Shown: piece after piece, positions 27,621 through 37,269 of the stretch
Position numbering within the stretch: position 1 is the stretch's first letter
Layout of the letters: every line of letters begins with the position of its first letter
Assembly (NCBI GenBank): GCA_036338455.1
Contig: JAYZCF010000155.1
Coordinates: forward strand, 1-52,976
Source: Planctomycetota bacterium
GTDB lineage: Bacteria > Planctomycetota > Planctomycetia > Pirellulales > Pirellulaceae
Reading direction: 5' to 3'
DNA length: 52,976 nt
Notes under the pieces: model-generated
Databases searched by the model: none
The model's input: only the letters and a program-made list of their open reading frames with translations
What the model was told of the DNA's origin: nothing
Program-made: the position numbers and the translations under genes

Positions 27621-29117
27621 ATGTCGGAAGAAACGAGACCGACCGAACATCAAGCGATCAGCGTCCCCGAGCCATCGGGCAAGCCCCAGGGGGGCTGCCT
27701 GACATCTATCCTCTGCTGGGTGGTCATCCTTGGGATCGTCGCTTTCCTGTTTAGCAACGTCCTGTATAGCCAGCTCTACCTGCCCACGGAACCCAAAGAG
27801 ATTTCAGCGGCCGAATTGATGGAGGTCAACCTGACGGGACAAGTCGTGGTTGGCCAATCCCAAATCGATTCAAGTATGGAGACGAAGTCCAACAGCCAAG
27901 TGGAACCGCTCAATAGTGGTCCCGTAGAACAACGGTACTGCTACGCGATTTTGGTGAACGAACTCGATTCAGCTGAATTGGCCCTCGAAAAACTGAAAGC
28001 GATCGATCAGGCGGTGAAAGCAGCCAATTATGAATTATCCGAGGATCAAACACGATTGCGTGAAATTATCGGGAGATTGCTGGAATCCTATGACGCCGGA
28101 GAGCTTGATTCTTCCATCATTCCCAACGAAGACCGTGATTTTCTCTCCTCAAAACTAGGCTGGTGCGGTGAGCTAATCCTGGTTCCCAAGGGAACGCCTC
28201 ATGAAAGAATGCGCCGGGAAATACTGGATGGAGCCACGCGGCTGTTATTTATCTTGGTCGGTGTCGTCCTGTTAGGTTTAGGCATGCTTCTCACAGGGGT
28301 GGTCAGCCTGGCCGTCTTCTTCTTCCTGGCAGTAACAGGCAATCTGGTCTCAAAAATGCACGGCGAGGCTCAGCGCGGTTCGATCTATCTGCAAACATTT
28401 GCCCTTTGGATGGTGTTGTTCGTCGTACTCCAACTGCTATCAGGAATGGCGGCCGAGTGGATTACCGACCCCGTCATCGGGCAATTATTAATGCCGGTTG
28501 CCTTCTTCCTATCCCTGGTTGTTCTGGCTTGGCCCGTTATCCGAGGCATTTCATTCGCCGAGGTCCGCGAAGACATCGGTCTAAAATTGGGCAATCCGTT
28601 TAAGGAAGTCGTGGTCGGTATGTTGGCCTATACTGCGCTACTACCGTTCCTTCTGTGCGCTGCGGTTATTTCAGTCATCCTGGCCGCCCTTCTCACGATG
28701 ATGCAATCTGCCAACCAACCGACCAACGAATTCGCGGGAGGTACTCAGGGAGGCCACCCGATTCAGGAAGAAATTGCTTCGGGAGATATCACGACTTGGC
28801 TAATCGTCTTCGTTACCGCTTGCATTGCAGCACCGATCATCGAAGAAACCATGTTTCGCGGTGTTTTTTATCGCCACCTGCGCGATGCGACCGACCGTTG
28901 GCGTCGCATTCCAAGCATCGCGTTTGCAGCCTTGGTCAACAGCCTGATCTTCGCTGCCATCCATCCCCAAGGTATCGTCGGCATTCCCCTACTGACCACA
29001 TTGGCCGTCGGTTTTTCACTCACCCGTCAGTGGCGAAGTTCACTCATTGCACCGATGGTCATGCATGCCATGAACAATGGGCTGGTTACTTGCATTCTAT
29101 TCACCATGCTACTCTGA
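27621..29117 (+). CDS. CPBP (CAAX/Abi) family intramembrane metalloprotease with a large extracytoplasmic domain
   Basis: Motifs APIIEETMFRG, FAAIH and MHAMNN; multiple TM helices. Confidence 0.9.
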   Translation: MSEETRPTEHQAISVPEPSGKPQGGCLTSILCWVVILGIVAFLFSNVLYSQLYLPTEPKEISAAELMEVNLTGQVVVGQSQIDSSMETKSNSQVEPLNSGPVEQRYCYAILVNELDSAELALEKLKAIDQAVKAANYELSEDQTRLREIIGRLLESYDAGELDSSIIPNEDRDFLSSKLGWCGELILVPKGTPHERMRREILDGATRLLFILVGVVLLGLGMLLTGVVSLAVFFFLAVTGNLVSKMHGEAQRGSIYLQTFALWMVLFVVLQLLSGMAAEWITDPVIGQLLMPVAFFLSLVVLAWPVIRGISFAEVREDIGLKLGNPFKEVVVGMLAYTALLPFLLCAAVISVILAALLTMMQSANQPTNEFAGGTQGGHPIQEEIASGDITTWLIVFVTACIAAPIIEETMFRGVFYRHLRDATDRWRRIPSIAFAALVNSLIFAAIHPQGIVGIPLLTTLAVGFSLTRQWRSSLIAPMVMHAMNNGLVTCILFTMLL

Positions 29118-29260
29118 CATTCGTCGGTAGATTTTTTTCAACGGTTCTTTAAAATACGGTTCCCAGCGGTGACCAGATTATCCGTCTGCCGAATGGACGC
29201 AAACTGCCAGCCGTTTTTCAATCACGCACCAATGAAGTCATCACCGCTCCAGGAACAGCT

Positions 29261-30502
29261 ATGGTCACCGTCAACGAGCACTACCTGAAACTCCAGGCAG
29301 GCTACCTTTTTCCGGAAATTGCTCGAAGAGTTACCGAGTACAGCCAATCCAACCCGGATGCGAACGTCATCAAGATGGGCATCGGTGATGTCACTCAGCC
29401 ACTGCCTGCGGCCATCATCGAGGCGATGCATACCGCCGTCGATGAAATGGCATCCGCCGAAACTTTTCGCGGCTACGGTCCTGAGCAAGGTCATCTTTTT
29501 CTACGGGATGCTATCCGAGACAACTGCTTTCGGGAGCGAGGGATCGAGATCGAGTCGGATGAAATTTTTGTTTCAGACGGTTCCAAATGCGACAGCGGAA
29601 ACCTGCTAGATATTTTCGGCAATGACAACAAGGTCGCGGTACTCGATCCGGTCTACCCCGTTTACGTCGACACAAATGTCATGGTGGGACGGACGGGGCA
29701 CCCTAACAGTGACGGTCAGTACCCTGGGCTAGTCTACCTTCCTGTCCACGCCGAAAACGATTTTCGACCTGAGCTGCCCAATGAACCGGTAGACCTCATC
29801 TACCTTTGCTATCCCAACAATCCGACCGGAACTGTCGCCACACGGGAAATGCTGCAAGAGTGGGTGGATTACGCCAAGGAAAATCGTGCAATAATCTTTT
29901 TCGATGCCGCCTACGAGGCATTTGTTTCCGATCCAAACATTCCTCGCTCTATCTACGAGGTCGACGGTGCTCAGGAAGTCGCCGTTGAGTTGCGGAGCTT
30001 CAGTAAAAACGCCGGGTTCACAGGCATTCGCTGCGCCTATACAGTCGTTCCAAAAAAATTGATTGGCTATCGGGCCGACGGTTCACCGCAGCCTTTGCAT
30101 CCGATTTGGAACCGTCGTCACTGCACAAAGTTCAACGGGGTTTCCTATCCCGTTCAGCGGGGAGCAGCCGCCGCCTTCAGCCCGGAAGGCAAACAGCAGA
30201 TTGACGAGCTGATTCGTTTTTACATGAATAATGCCCGCCTTCTGCGAGAGGGGCTTAGCGAGGCCGGACTACAGGTCTACGGCGGTCGAAACGCGCCGTA
30301 CGTTTGGCTCAAGACTCCAGGCAACATGACGAGCTGGGATTTCTTCGACCAACTTCTTCAAGAGTCACAGATCGTGGGAACTCCGGGCAGCGGGTTTGGC
30401 GCGGCGGGAGAAGGGTATTTCCGCCTGAGTGCATTCAGCAATCTGGAAAACACAGAAGAAGCCATTCGGCGTATCAAAGCCAACCTTAAAAGTAAAACTT
30501 AA
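29261..30502 (+). CDS. dapL: LL-diaminopimelate aminotransferase
   Basis: [48 protein letters not shown] and [10 protein letters not shown]. Confidence 0.95.
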   Translation: MVTVNEHYLKLQAGYLFPEIARRVTEYSQSNPDANVIKMGIGDVTQPLPAAIIEAMHTAVDEMASAETFRGYGPEQGHLFLRDAIRDNCFRERGIEIESDEIFVSDGSKCDSGNLLDIFGNDNKVAVLDPVYPVYVDTNVMVGRTGHPNSDGQYPGLVYLPVHAENDFRPELPNEPVDLIYLCYPNNPTGTVATREMLQEWVDYAKENRAIIFFDAAYEAFVSDPNIPRSIYEVDGAQEVAVELRSFSKNAGFTGIRCAYTVVPKKLIGYRADGSPQPLHPIWNRRHCTKFNGVSYPVQRGAAAAFSPEGKQQIDELIRFYMNNARLLREGLSEAGLQVYGGRNAPYVWLKTPGNMTSWDFFDQLLQESQIVGTPGSGFGAAGEGYFRLSAFSNLENTEEAIRRIKANLKSKT

Positions 30503-30543
30503 GTCACTCAAAAGCGAGGTTGCGAGAAAACGAGCAAAGAGGC

Positions 30544-30810
30544 TCAACCAGTTTTCTTTCGATTCTCGCCTAGATTCATCAGCCTGATCACGATCCAAAC
30601 CCCCAAGGCAAAAGAAACCACGACGGTAAAAATTGAAAACAGGCCCGCCAATAACCAGTTCCTGTCAGGTGTCCCCTGCATCAAGTCGACCATGTTGTTA
30701 ACACAATTCATGGTCGCCCACATCATTAACAAACCGGCTACCAGGGCGCGGGACAGGTAATCGACCACGCTTCTTAGAGCGTTTTTTGACAGGGGGCGAC
30801 TTGGATTCAT
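30544..30810 (-). CDS. Small two-TM membrane protein
   Basis: Two hydrophobic helices; it starts 2 bp after the methyltransferase stop. Confidence 0.6.
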   Translation of the reverse strand: MNPSRPLSKNALRSVVDYLSRALVAGLLMMWATMNCVNNMVDLMQGTPDRNWLLAGLFSIFTVVVSFALGVWIVIRLMNLGENRKKTG

Positions 30811-30812
30811 GC

Positions 30813-31532
30813 TTATTTTTCAGCAATAACAAATTGAAACAATGAGCGATTGGACGGTTCGGAAAATAGTGGCTTGGAGTGGACCGCAAATCCCGCCTGT
30901 ACGAGTTTAGACTCGATATCAGGCCATAAAAACGTCAGATAGTACATGATAAAGGGGGGGCGAATCAACCAGTTGCGAATGTGCATGGCGATGTTAAACC
31001 CTCGGGCGAGGTAATACGTGGGAGAGAATCGTGATGGCATCCGATGGGTAATGAAAGCAAAACGGCCACCGGTAGCAAGAACGCGATAAATTTCGGCAAT
31101 GAACAGGGCCTCCTGACGTGGCCGCACGTGACCAAAAGCTCCGAACGAGACAGCCAAGTCAAATTTCGACTGAAACGGCATCTGAAAGGCATTTCCTCGA
31201 ACCAATTTAAACCGCCCCTCGATCGCATTCAGATTTTTGGCGGCTTGCCGTAACATTCCCTGGCTACGATCAATTCCGACTAAGCAACCTTGGCAAAGGG
31301 GGGCTAACTCCTGCATCGCTGCGCCGGTCCCACAACAGATGTCCAGGACATTATTAAAGGTGGCAACATCTACTTCTTCCAGCAATCGTTTCTTGAAAGC
31401 TTCAAAAAAAAGTGGGGGTGTTCGAAACGGAGTAAGATCAAACTTGGGACCCAACAGATCATATCCTCGCTCCGTTGATGAGAGCGCCTGCCGCGCCAAC
31501 TCAAAAAACGTGGGTCCCTGTGGGTGAAACAT
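30813..31532 (-). CDS. Class I SAM-dependent methyltransferase
   Basis: VLDICCGTG, GIDRSQGML, FDLAVSFGAFGH and RVLATGGRF. Confidence 0.9.
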   Translation of the reverse strand: MFHPQGPTFFELARQALSSTERGYDLLGPKFDLTPFRTPPLFFEAFKKRLLEEVDVATFNNVLDICCGTGAAMQELAPLCQGCLVGIDRSQGMLRQAAKNLNAIEGRFKLVRGNAFQMPFQSKFDLAVSFGAFGHVRPRQEALFIAEIYRVLATGGRFAFITHRMPSRFSPTYYLARGFNIAMHIRNWLIRPPFIMYYLTFLWPDIESKLVQAGFAVHSKPLFSEPSNRSLFQFVIAEK

Positions 31533-31617
31533 TCATGGCCTACTGGGTGAAAAGAAGGAAAACACCGTATACCTATCGTTTTCGTTTCCACTTTCCCCGA
31601 CAACGGAATCCTGCAAA

Positions 31618-33651
31618 CTATTTCATTTGGTTGAACAGCCTTCCGGCATGCAACCCAACGGCGGCGGCTAGACCTAAGGCGGTAACCACCTGGATAACAG
31701 CACCCACGAAGCTGAATACTATCGTCGGCAGATATAGGACCAATGTGCCCACGAGGAAAAACAGGAGTAACAAAAGTACAAGCTGGTACAGTTGCCACCA
31801 CTTCGCCGATCTATCGGAAAACGATTTGATGATATCGATCGAAAAAATGTTCACCACCGACTCATTGTACAGGGCACTGACCAGACAGACGGGAATGATC
31901 AGAAAAACGAAAAACGGGACGAAAATCAAAAAACCGAGGATCGTCTGAGCCGAAAACATGAGCACACTACCAAAGAACAGACCGGGTAGGGACGCGGCCC
32001 AAAAGCTGACCGCTGTGAAGGCGAAAGCGACGAACCACTCAGAGAACGCCAAGTCAGGCCATTGGTCCATCTCCGCATCACCTTCCGCCGTATCACGCAG
32101 CAACACCGAAAACGTAATCGAGAAGAACACAACTCCTGGCAGCCAGAACAGACCACCGAGAAACCCGTAACCAATCATGCCTACGATACTGGCCTCAACT
32201 CCCGCTTCCTTATCCCCCAGCGAACCGTAGAAAAGGTCAAAAAACGAATAACCGATCGTGAACAGAACGAGGCTGACCAAAGTCGCAATAATCAGTTGTG
32301 GGTTCTTGGCAACCTTCGACAGCCAATCGACCAACTGTCTCAATTCTGAAACCAACGAAGCATCCGAAACTCGGGCTTGTCCACTTCCGTCTTCTAACTC
32401 CACCTGCGGACTCGGTGATACCACCTTGCGACTCGGCTCCTCTCGCCAGCGTGCTCCGACTCCGCTCGCGGAAGAACTCGCGGCATTCTCCTTGGAAGGC
32501 GCGGATAAATCTTCCCCGCCGCCAGATTTGCGATGACCCAACCCGGCCAAGCGATCCGTTGACGGTTTAGCCGGCGAGTCGTCGGGCAAGTCTTCGAGTC
32601 GCATCTCGTCTTCGTCATCCAACGCGTGGGATGGCAAGGAATCACTGCCGTAAGAAGCCTCGAGAGGCTTCCCTTGTTCTCCATCGTCGAGAATTTCCAG
32701 ATCGACAATCTGATCTTCATCGCGGGCAATGGGTTTCAACAGGTCCTCATCGACTGGCTCTAAACCATAGCCCGGCTTGATCTCTTCCTCAGCGGGAGGG
32801 AGCTCCCCAGCGTCCTGCGAAGCCAACTCATCACCAGCTTCCATTTTTGATTCAGGCTGTCCCCATGGCGACTTTGGCCGCTTAACCGGCGGCGTGACAG
32901 CCACGTTTGAAAAACAGACGGGGCACTGCACCGTACTATCAACCTGGTCAAGATTGACATGAATGCGTGTGTCGCAGACCTCACACTTGAGGCCAAAGAC
33001 CTGGTCGACATCACCCACGGCTTCCAACCCCTCAATTTTGAGCGGTGCATCGGGATCGACCTCAAAAGGATCTTGGCCCGTATCGGCAGACGTTGCCTCT
33101 TCCAGCGGTGCCAACTTCAGTTCGAATTCATCACTCTCGCCACTCTCCTCCGCAGTTTCCGCTTCCACAGCTTGCCCACCGTCCCCCGAAATTGGCAGGC
33201 CAGAATCAGTAGCAATTTCCTCATTGCCGCCCACTTCCTCGGGACTGGGAACATCGCTGGACTCGGCGAAAGAGACAACCGGATCCCCTTCCACTTGTAG
33301 AGACTGGTCCTCCGTCTCCGCGTCCGACTGGGTTGTGCTCACCTTGCCAGTTCCCACTACCATCTCAGGTGAGTCCGCCTCCGGCTCGTCGAAGAGATCG
33401 TCAAATCCACTTCCCGACGCAAGTGCTCCTGGCACCAGCAACGACACCTCACAGTCTGGGCAAGGGACTCGCATACCCGCGGACTCCCGGGGCACACTTA
33501 CCTGGCCGAGGCACTTGGGACATTCAAAAACGATAGGCTCACGTGCGGCCAAATGATCTACCAAGCTGGGGCATTCGATTTGAAAATCTAACCCGGCCTC
33601 TGACGACAGGGTCGGGGTGACGTCTACCAATTCTGATTGAATTCTAAGCAA
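31618..33651 (-). CDS. Membrane protein with two zinc ribbons and acidic disordered linkers
   Basis: CPKC...CPDC and CEVC...CPVC, D/E-rich linkers and about 6 C-terminal TM helices. The true start may be the TTG near 33552. Confidence 0.8.
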   Translation of the reverse strand: MLRIQSELVDVTPTLSSEAGLDFQIECPSLVDHLAAREPIVFECPKCLGQVSVPRESAGMRVPCPDCEVSLLVPGALASGSGFDDLFDEPEADSPEMVVGTGKVSTTQSDAETEDQSLQVEGDPVVSFAESSDVPSPEEVGGNEEIATDSGLPISGDGGQAVEAETAEESGESDEFELKLAPLEEATSADTGQDPFEVDPDAPLKIEGLEAVGDVDQVFGLKCEVCDTRIHVNLDQVDSTVQCPVCFSNVAVTPPVKRPKSPWGQPESKMEAGDELASQDAGELPPAEEEIKPGYGLEPVDEDLLKPIARDEDQIVDLEILDDGEQGKPLEASYGSDSLPSHALDDEDEMRLEDLPDDSPAKPSTDRLAGLGHRKSGGGEDLSAPSKENAASSSASGVGARWREEPSRKVVSPSPQVELEDGSGQARVSDASLVSELRQLVDWLSKVAKNPQLIIATLVSLVLFTIGYSFFDLFYGSLGDKEAGVEASIVGMIGYGFLGGLFWLPGVVFFSITFSVLLRDTAEGDAEMDQWPDLAFSEWFVAFAFTAVSFWAASLPGLFFGSVLMFSAQTILGFLIFVPFFVFLIIPVCLVSALYNESVVNIFSIDIIKSFSDRSAKWWQLYQLVLLLLLFFLVGTLVLYLPTIVFSFVGAVIQVVTALGLAAAVGLHAGRLFNQMK

Positions 33652-33714
33652 ACCTCAATCAGTCACCAATAAATTCAAAATCATTTTCCTGCAATATCAG
33701 CGGCACCTTTGAGA

Positions 33715-33742
33715 TTGCCGGTTCTAATTGGGGTGATATGAT
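33715..33742 (+). promoter_or_regulatory. Putative sigma70-type promoter for nadE-pta
   Basis: TTGCCG (33715-33720), a 16-bp spacer, then TATGAT (33737-33742), with an extended -10 TG at 33734-33735. Confidence 0.45.
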
Positions 33743-33831
33743 GGCAGGGTTGGTTAATCCACAGTCGATGCCGGTCAGGACACCCGGTATTTTCTGTTTC
33801 GGTTTCTCACCATGGCGAGGCAATTAGTTTC

Positions 33832-35829
33832 ATGAAGCTGATCCGCGTAGCGGCAGGAGTCCTGAACCAAACCCCAATGGATTGGTATCGTAACCGCGCC
33901 AACATTCTGTCCGCTTTTCGCCAGGCGCGGGAGCAGTCTGTTTCCATCCTTTGTTTACCCGAGCTTTGTGTTACGGGCTATGGGTGTGAGGATGGATTCC
34001 ACTCGCCCGGATTGCATCGAACCGCGCTGGAATTTCTGCAGTCGATCGTAGCGGAATCCCACCAACTGGTTGCTTGCGTTGGTCTACCGCTGATGTATGC
34101 CGGTGGTGTTTTCAACACGGTCTGCGTCATGGTCAATGGCCGGATCGCCGGTTTCGTCACCAAACAGCATTTAGCCGGCGATGGCATCCACTACGAACCG
34201 CGATGGTTCAAACCTTGGCCTGAAGGGGTGCAGGGTTTAGTGGAGATTGGTGGAATTGACTACCCAATCGGTGATCTGTTGTTTGACATTGGTGGCGTCA
34301 GGATCGGGTTCGAGATCTGTGAAGACGCGTGGGTTGGTTCGCGACCTGGTGCCAAGCACGCAACTCGTGGTGCGGACATTATTCTCAACCCGAGTGCCAG
34401 CCACTTTGCTTTCGGCAAACATGAGGTGCGACGCGGTTTTGTCACCGAGGGGAGCCGGGCTTTCAAGGTGACTTACGTCTATTCCAATTTATTGGGAAAT
34501 GAAGCAGGGCGGGCCATCTATGACGGCGACAGCATGATTGCGTCCAACGGCAAGTTACTTGTCACGGGCCCTCGCATGAGCTTTCAGCAAAGCAGTATCA
34601 CGATGCATCAGGTCGATATCGACACGACACGGATGAGTCGTGCTCGAACCGGTAGCTTCGAGCCGGATGTTGATGGGGACGAGTCCGACATCATCGAAAT
34701 CGAATTTGATTATCCGAAAGATGAGCTGATCCACGAGGACAATCTTGTTGCGGCATGGGAAACGGGTCCGGATATCAAATTCGAGGAATTCACCCGGTGC
34801 GAGAGCCTGGGCCTTCTCGACTACCTGTCGAAGAGCGGCTCTCGCGGATTCGTGGTTTCACTCAGTGGCGGCGCGGATTCAGCGGCAGCGGCCGTATTGG
34901 TATCGCTGGCCTTTCAGTTGGCAGCGGCCGAACTCGGCCTGGAACCGTTATGCCAGCGACTGGGGCTTGAAAATGAGTCGATTCCCGACGTCCAAAGCCT
35001 GATCCGGAGGATGTTGACGACGGTTTACCAAAGCACCTGCCATAGTACAGAAATAACGAGAGCGGCCGCAGCCGAGGTCGCCGCTGGCGTTCATTCCCGG
35101 CACCTGGAACTGGACGTCGACCAGCAAGTGGAACAATACAAAGACATTGTCTCAACGGCCTTGGGGATCGAACTCAATTGGCAGGATCACGACATTCCCC
35201 TGCAAAATATTCAGGCCCGCACCCGGGCACCCGGTGCCTGGATGATTGCCAACCTGCATCAAGCCCTGCTACTGTCTACCAGCAATCGGAGCGAATCGGC
35301 GGTAGGCTATGCGACGATGGACGGTGACACCTCCGGTGGCCTGAGCCCACTGGCTGGAATTGACAAGGCATTCTTGCGCCGTTGGCTGGTCTGGATGGAA
35401 ACGGTCGGGCCCTGTGGAATGGAACCTATACCCCAACTGAGAAGTGTCAATCAGCAACAACCCACTGCCGAATTACGCCCCCCGGGTGAGAGACAGACCG
35501 ACGAAGGCGACCTGATGCCTTACGAGATACTTGATCACATCGAACGACTGGCCATTCGAGACAAAATGATGCCTATCGACGTGTTCGAGCACTTGCGAAC
35601 TGAGTTCGATCAGTATCCCCTGCCTCAATTATCCGCCTGGATCCACAAGTTTTTCAGGCTCTGGTGTCAGAATCAATGGAAACGGGAGCGTTATGCACCC
35701 AGCTTTCATCTCGATGACGAAAACCTCGACCCGAAAACGTGGTGCCGATTTCCGATCCTTTCAGGTGGTTATGAATATGAATTAGAACAGTTGGATGCCC
35801 ATCTCAAATCACTCCAAGGTGATGGTTAA
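33832..35829 (+). CDS. nadE: Glutamine-dependent NAD(+) synthetase
   Basis: Nitrilase-domain triad (LPEL, TKQHL, EICED) and the synthetase motifs SLSGGADS, QNIQARTR, SNRSE and PTAEL. Confidence 0.95.
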   Translation: MKLIRVAAGVLNQTPMDWYRNRANILSAFRQAREQSVSILCLPELCVTGYGCEDGFHSPGLHRTALEFLQSIVAESHQLVACVGLPLMYAGGVFNTVCVMVNGRIAGFVTKQHLAGDGIHYEPRWFKPWPEGVQGLVEIGGIDYPIGDLLFDIGGVRIGFEICEDAWVGSRPGAKHATRGADIILNPSASHFAFGKHEVRRGFVTEGSRAFKVTYVYSNLLGNEAGRAIYDGDSMIASNGKLLVTGPRMSFQQSSITMHQVDIDTTRMSRARTGSFEPDVDGDESDIIEIEFDYPKDELIHEDNLVAAWETGPDIKFEEFTRCESLGLLDYLSKSGSRGFVVSLSGGADSAAAAVLVSLAFQLAAAELGLEPLCQRLGLENESIPDVQSLIRRMLTTVYQSTCHSTEITRAAAAEVAAGVHSRHLELDVDQQVEQYKDIVSTALGIELNWQDHDIPLQNIQARTRAPGAWMIANLHQALLLSTSNRSESAVGYATMDGDTSGGLSPLAGIDKAFLRRWLVWMETVGPCGMEPIPQLRSVNQQQPTAELRPPGERQTDEGDLMPYEILDHIERLAIRDKMMPIDVFEHLRTEFDQYPLPQLSAWIHKFFRLWCQNQWKRERYAPSFHLDDENLDPKTWCRFPILSGGYEYELEQLDAHLKSLQGDG

Positions 35830-35831
35830 GC

Positions 35832-36806
35832 ATGGAAGGCAGTGATCGAAAAGTCATCTCGGCCCTCCGCCAACGGGCAAGTGAGCAACCACGCCGCATC
35901 ATCTTTCCTGAGGGCGAAGACCCCCGTGTTCTTGAAGCGGCCAATACGCTGGTCGAACGCGGATGGTGCCTGCCCATAGTTTGTGACCCGAATCCGGCAA
36001 CCAAGTTGCGACCTGGCGTGGAAACGGTATCGACCAGTGATCCACAATGGATGGAACGGACCGCGCAGCAGCTTGTCGAAAACCGCAAACAGAAAGGGAT
36101 GGATTTCGATACGGCCATTGGGATGGTCAGCAACCCCCTTCTTTTCGCCACGTTGTTGGTGCGCGCCGGTTTTGCAGATGGTTCGGTAGCCGGCAGCCTG
36201 GCGGCCACTGCCAGCGTAATCCGAGCTGGCCTGTATGGTGTAGGGACAGCCGCAAACAACCAACTGGTCTCGAGTTTTTTCCTGATGCAACTGCCCGGCC
36301 GAGCCGTCACCTTTGCTGACTGCGGGGTGGTCCCCGACCCGGACAAGCAGGCATTGGCCGAGATCGCCGTTGCGGCCGCTCGCAACCACGCCCTGCTGAC
36401 AGGAGAGAAACCCAAGGTCGCCCTGCTCTCTTTTTCCACCAAGGGGAGTGCCAGCCATGAGATTATCGACAAAGTCGTACAGGCAACCGCACTCGCCCAA
36501 GCTCTGGCGCCTGACCTCGATATCGATGGGGAACTGCAGTTCGATGCAGCCTGGGTTCCCGATGTCGCGGCCCGCAAGGCGCCGAATTCATCCGTGGCTG
36601 GGGAAGCAAACGTCTTGATTTTTCCCGACCTTGCATCCGGAAACATCGCCTACAAAATCACGGAACGTTTGGCGGGTGTCCAGGCTTTGGGCCCCCTGGT
36701 GCAAGGGCTGCGCCAGCCCTGTATGGACCTTTCGCGAGGCTGCTCGGTAGAGGATATCATCGACGTTGCCGTGATCGCCTCCATCATGGCCAGTGCAGGG
36801 AGTTGA
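35832..36806 (+). CDS. pta: Phosphate acetyl/acyltransferase (short form)
   Basis: FPEGEDPR, VSSFFLM, FADCG, LSFSTKGSA, DGELQFDAA, GNIAYK and DLSRGCS. Confidence 0.9.
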   Translation: MEGSDRKVISALRQRASEQPRRIIFPEGEDPRVLEAANTLVERGWCLPIVCDPNPATKLRPGVETVSTSDPQWMERTAQQLVENRKQKGMDFDTAIGMVSNPLLFATLLVRAGFADGSVAGSLAATASVIRAGLYGVGTAANNQLVSSFFLMQLPGRAVTFADCGVVPDPDKQALAEIAVAAARNHALLTGEKPKVALLSFSTKGSASHEIIDKVVQATALAQALAPDLDIDGELQFDAAWVPDVAARKAPNSSVAGEANVLIFPDLASGNIAYKITERLAGVQALGPLVQGLRQPCMDLSRGCSVEDIIDVAVIASIMASAGS

Positions 36807-36807
36807 G

Positions 36808-37224
36808 ATGACACGATTGCCAATCGCCGAGAGCTGCCAAGGTTGCGGAGTCTGCTGCATGCAGATGGGGTTCCCCACATTCATGATGCCGGCCGCTCCG
36901 CTTAGCGAAGCAGAAATTGAAGCGGATCCTGCGCTGCAAAAGCGAGCCGAAGATCCCGATATTCGACAACACCTGCTGGACGGACACCCGGGTGAGTCCT
37001 ATTGGCACAATCTACCGGATCATTTGCGGCAGGAACTGGAGACGTTCTGGGAAGTCCACGCCGGAAAAACAGACCAGTTACAAGGACCTTGCATTTGGTT
37101 GGACATGGAAACACGCCAATGCCAACACCACGAATACCGCCCGTTAGTCTGTCGCGATTTCGAGGTCGGCAGCCGACAATGCCAGGAATGGCGGGCATTC
37201 TATGGGGAGCGAATTCTCCCCTAA
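36808..37224 (+). CDS. YkgJ-family CxxCxxCC cysteine-cluster protein
   Basis: CQGCGVCC...PCIWLD...CQHHEYRPLVCRDF...C. The ATG at 36808 has GGGAG upstream. Confidence 0.88.
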   Translation: MTRLPIAESCQGCGVCCMQMGFPTFMMPAAPLSEAEIEADPALQKRAEDPDIRQHLLDGHPGESYWHNLPDHLRQELETFWEVHAGKTDQLQGPCIWLDMETRQCQHHEYRPLVCRDFEVGSRQCQEWRAFYGERILP

Positions 37225-37269
37225 GCCGAGACCCTGACGCTCCCCACCTTCCCGAAACCACACGTCGGC

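Noticed and set aside
29196-29203. GACGCAAA upstream of dapL as a c-di-GMP-I riboswitch, or a lysine riboswitch in this gap
   Set aside because: The GGCAAA...GAAA-tetraloop half is missing, and the 143-bp gap is too short for a lysine riboswitch.
35804-36646. Long antisense ORFs over pta (similar ones at 10644-11345, 42994-43839 and 49701-50333)
   Set aside because: These are shadow ORFs opposite well-supported genes, as expected from codon bias at this GC content.
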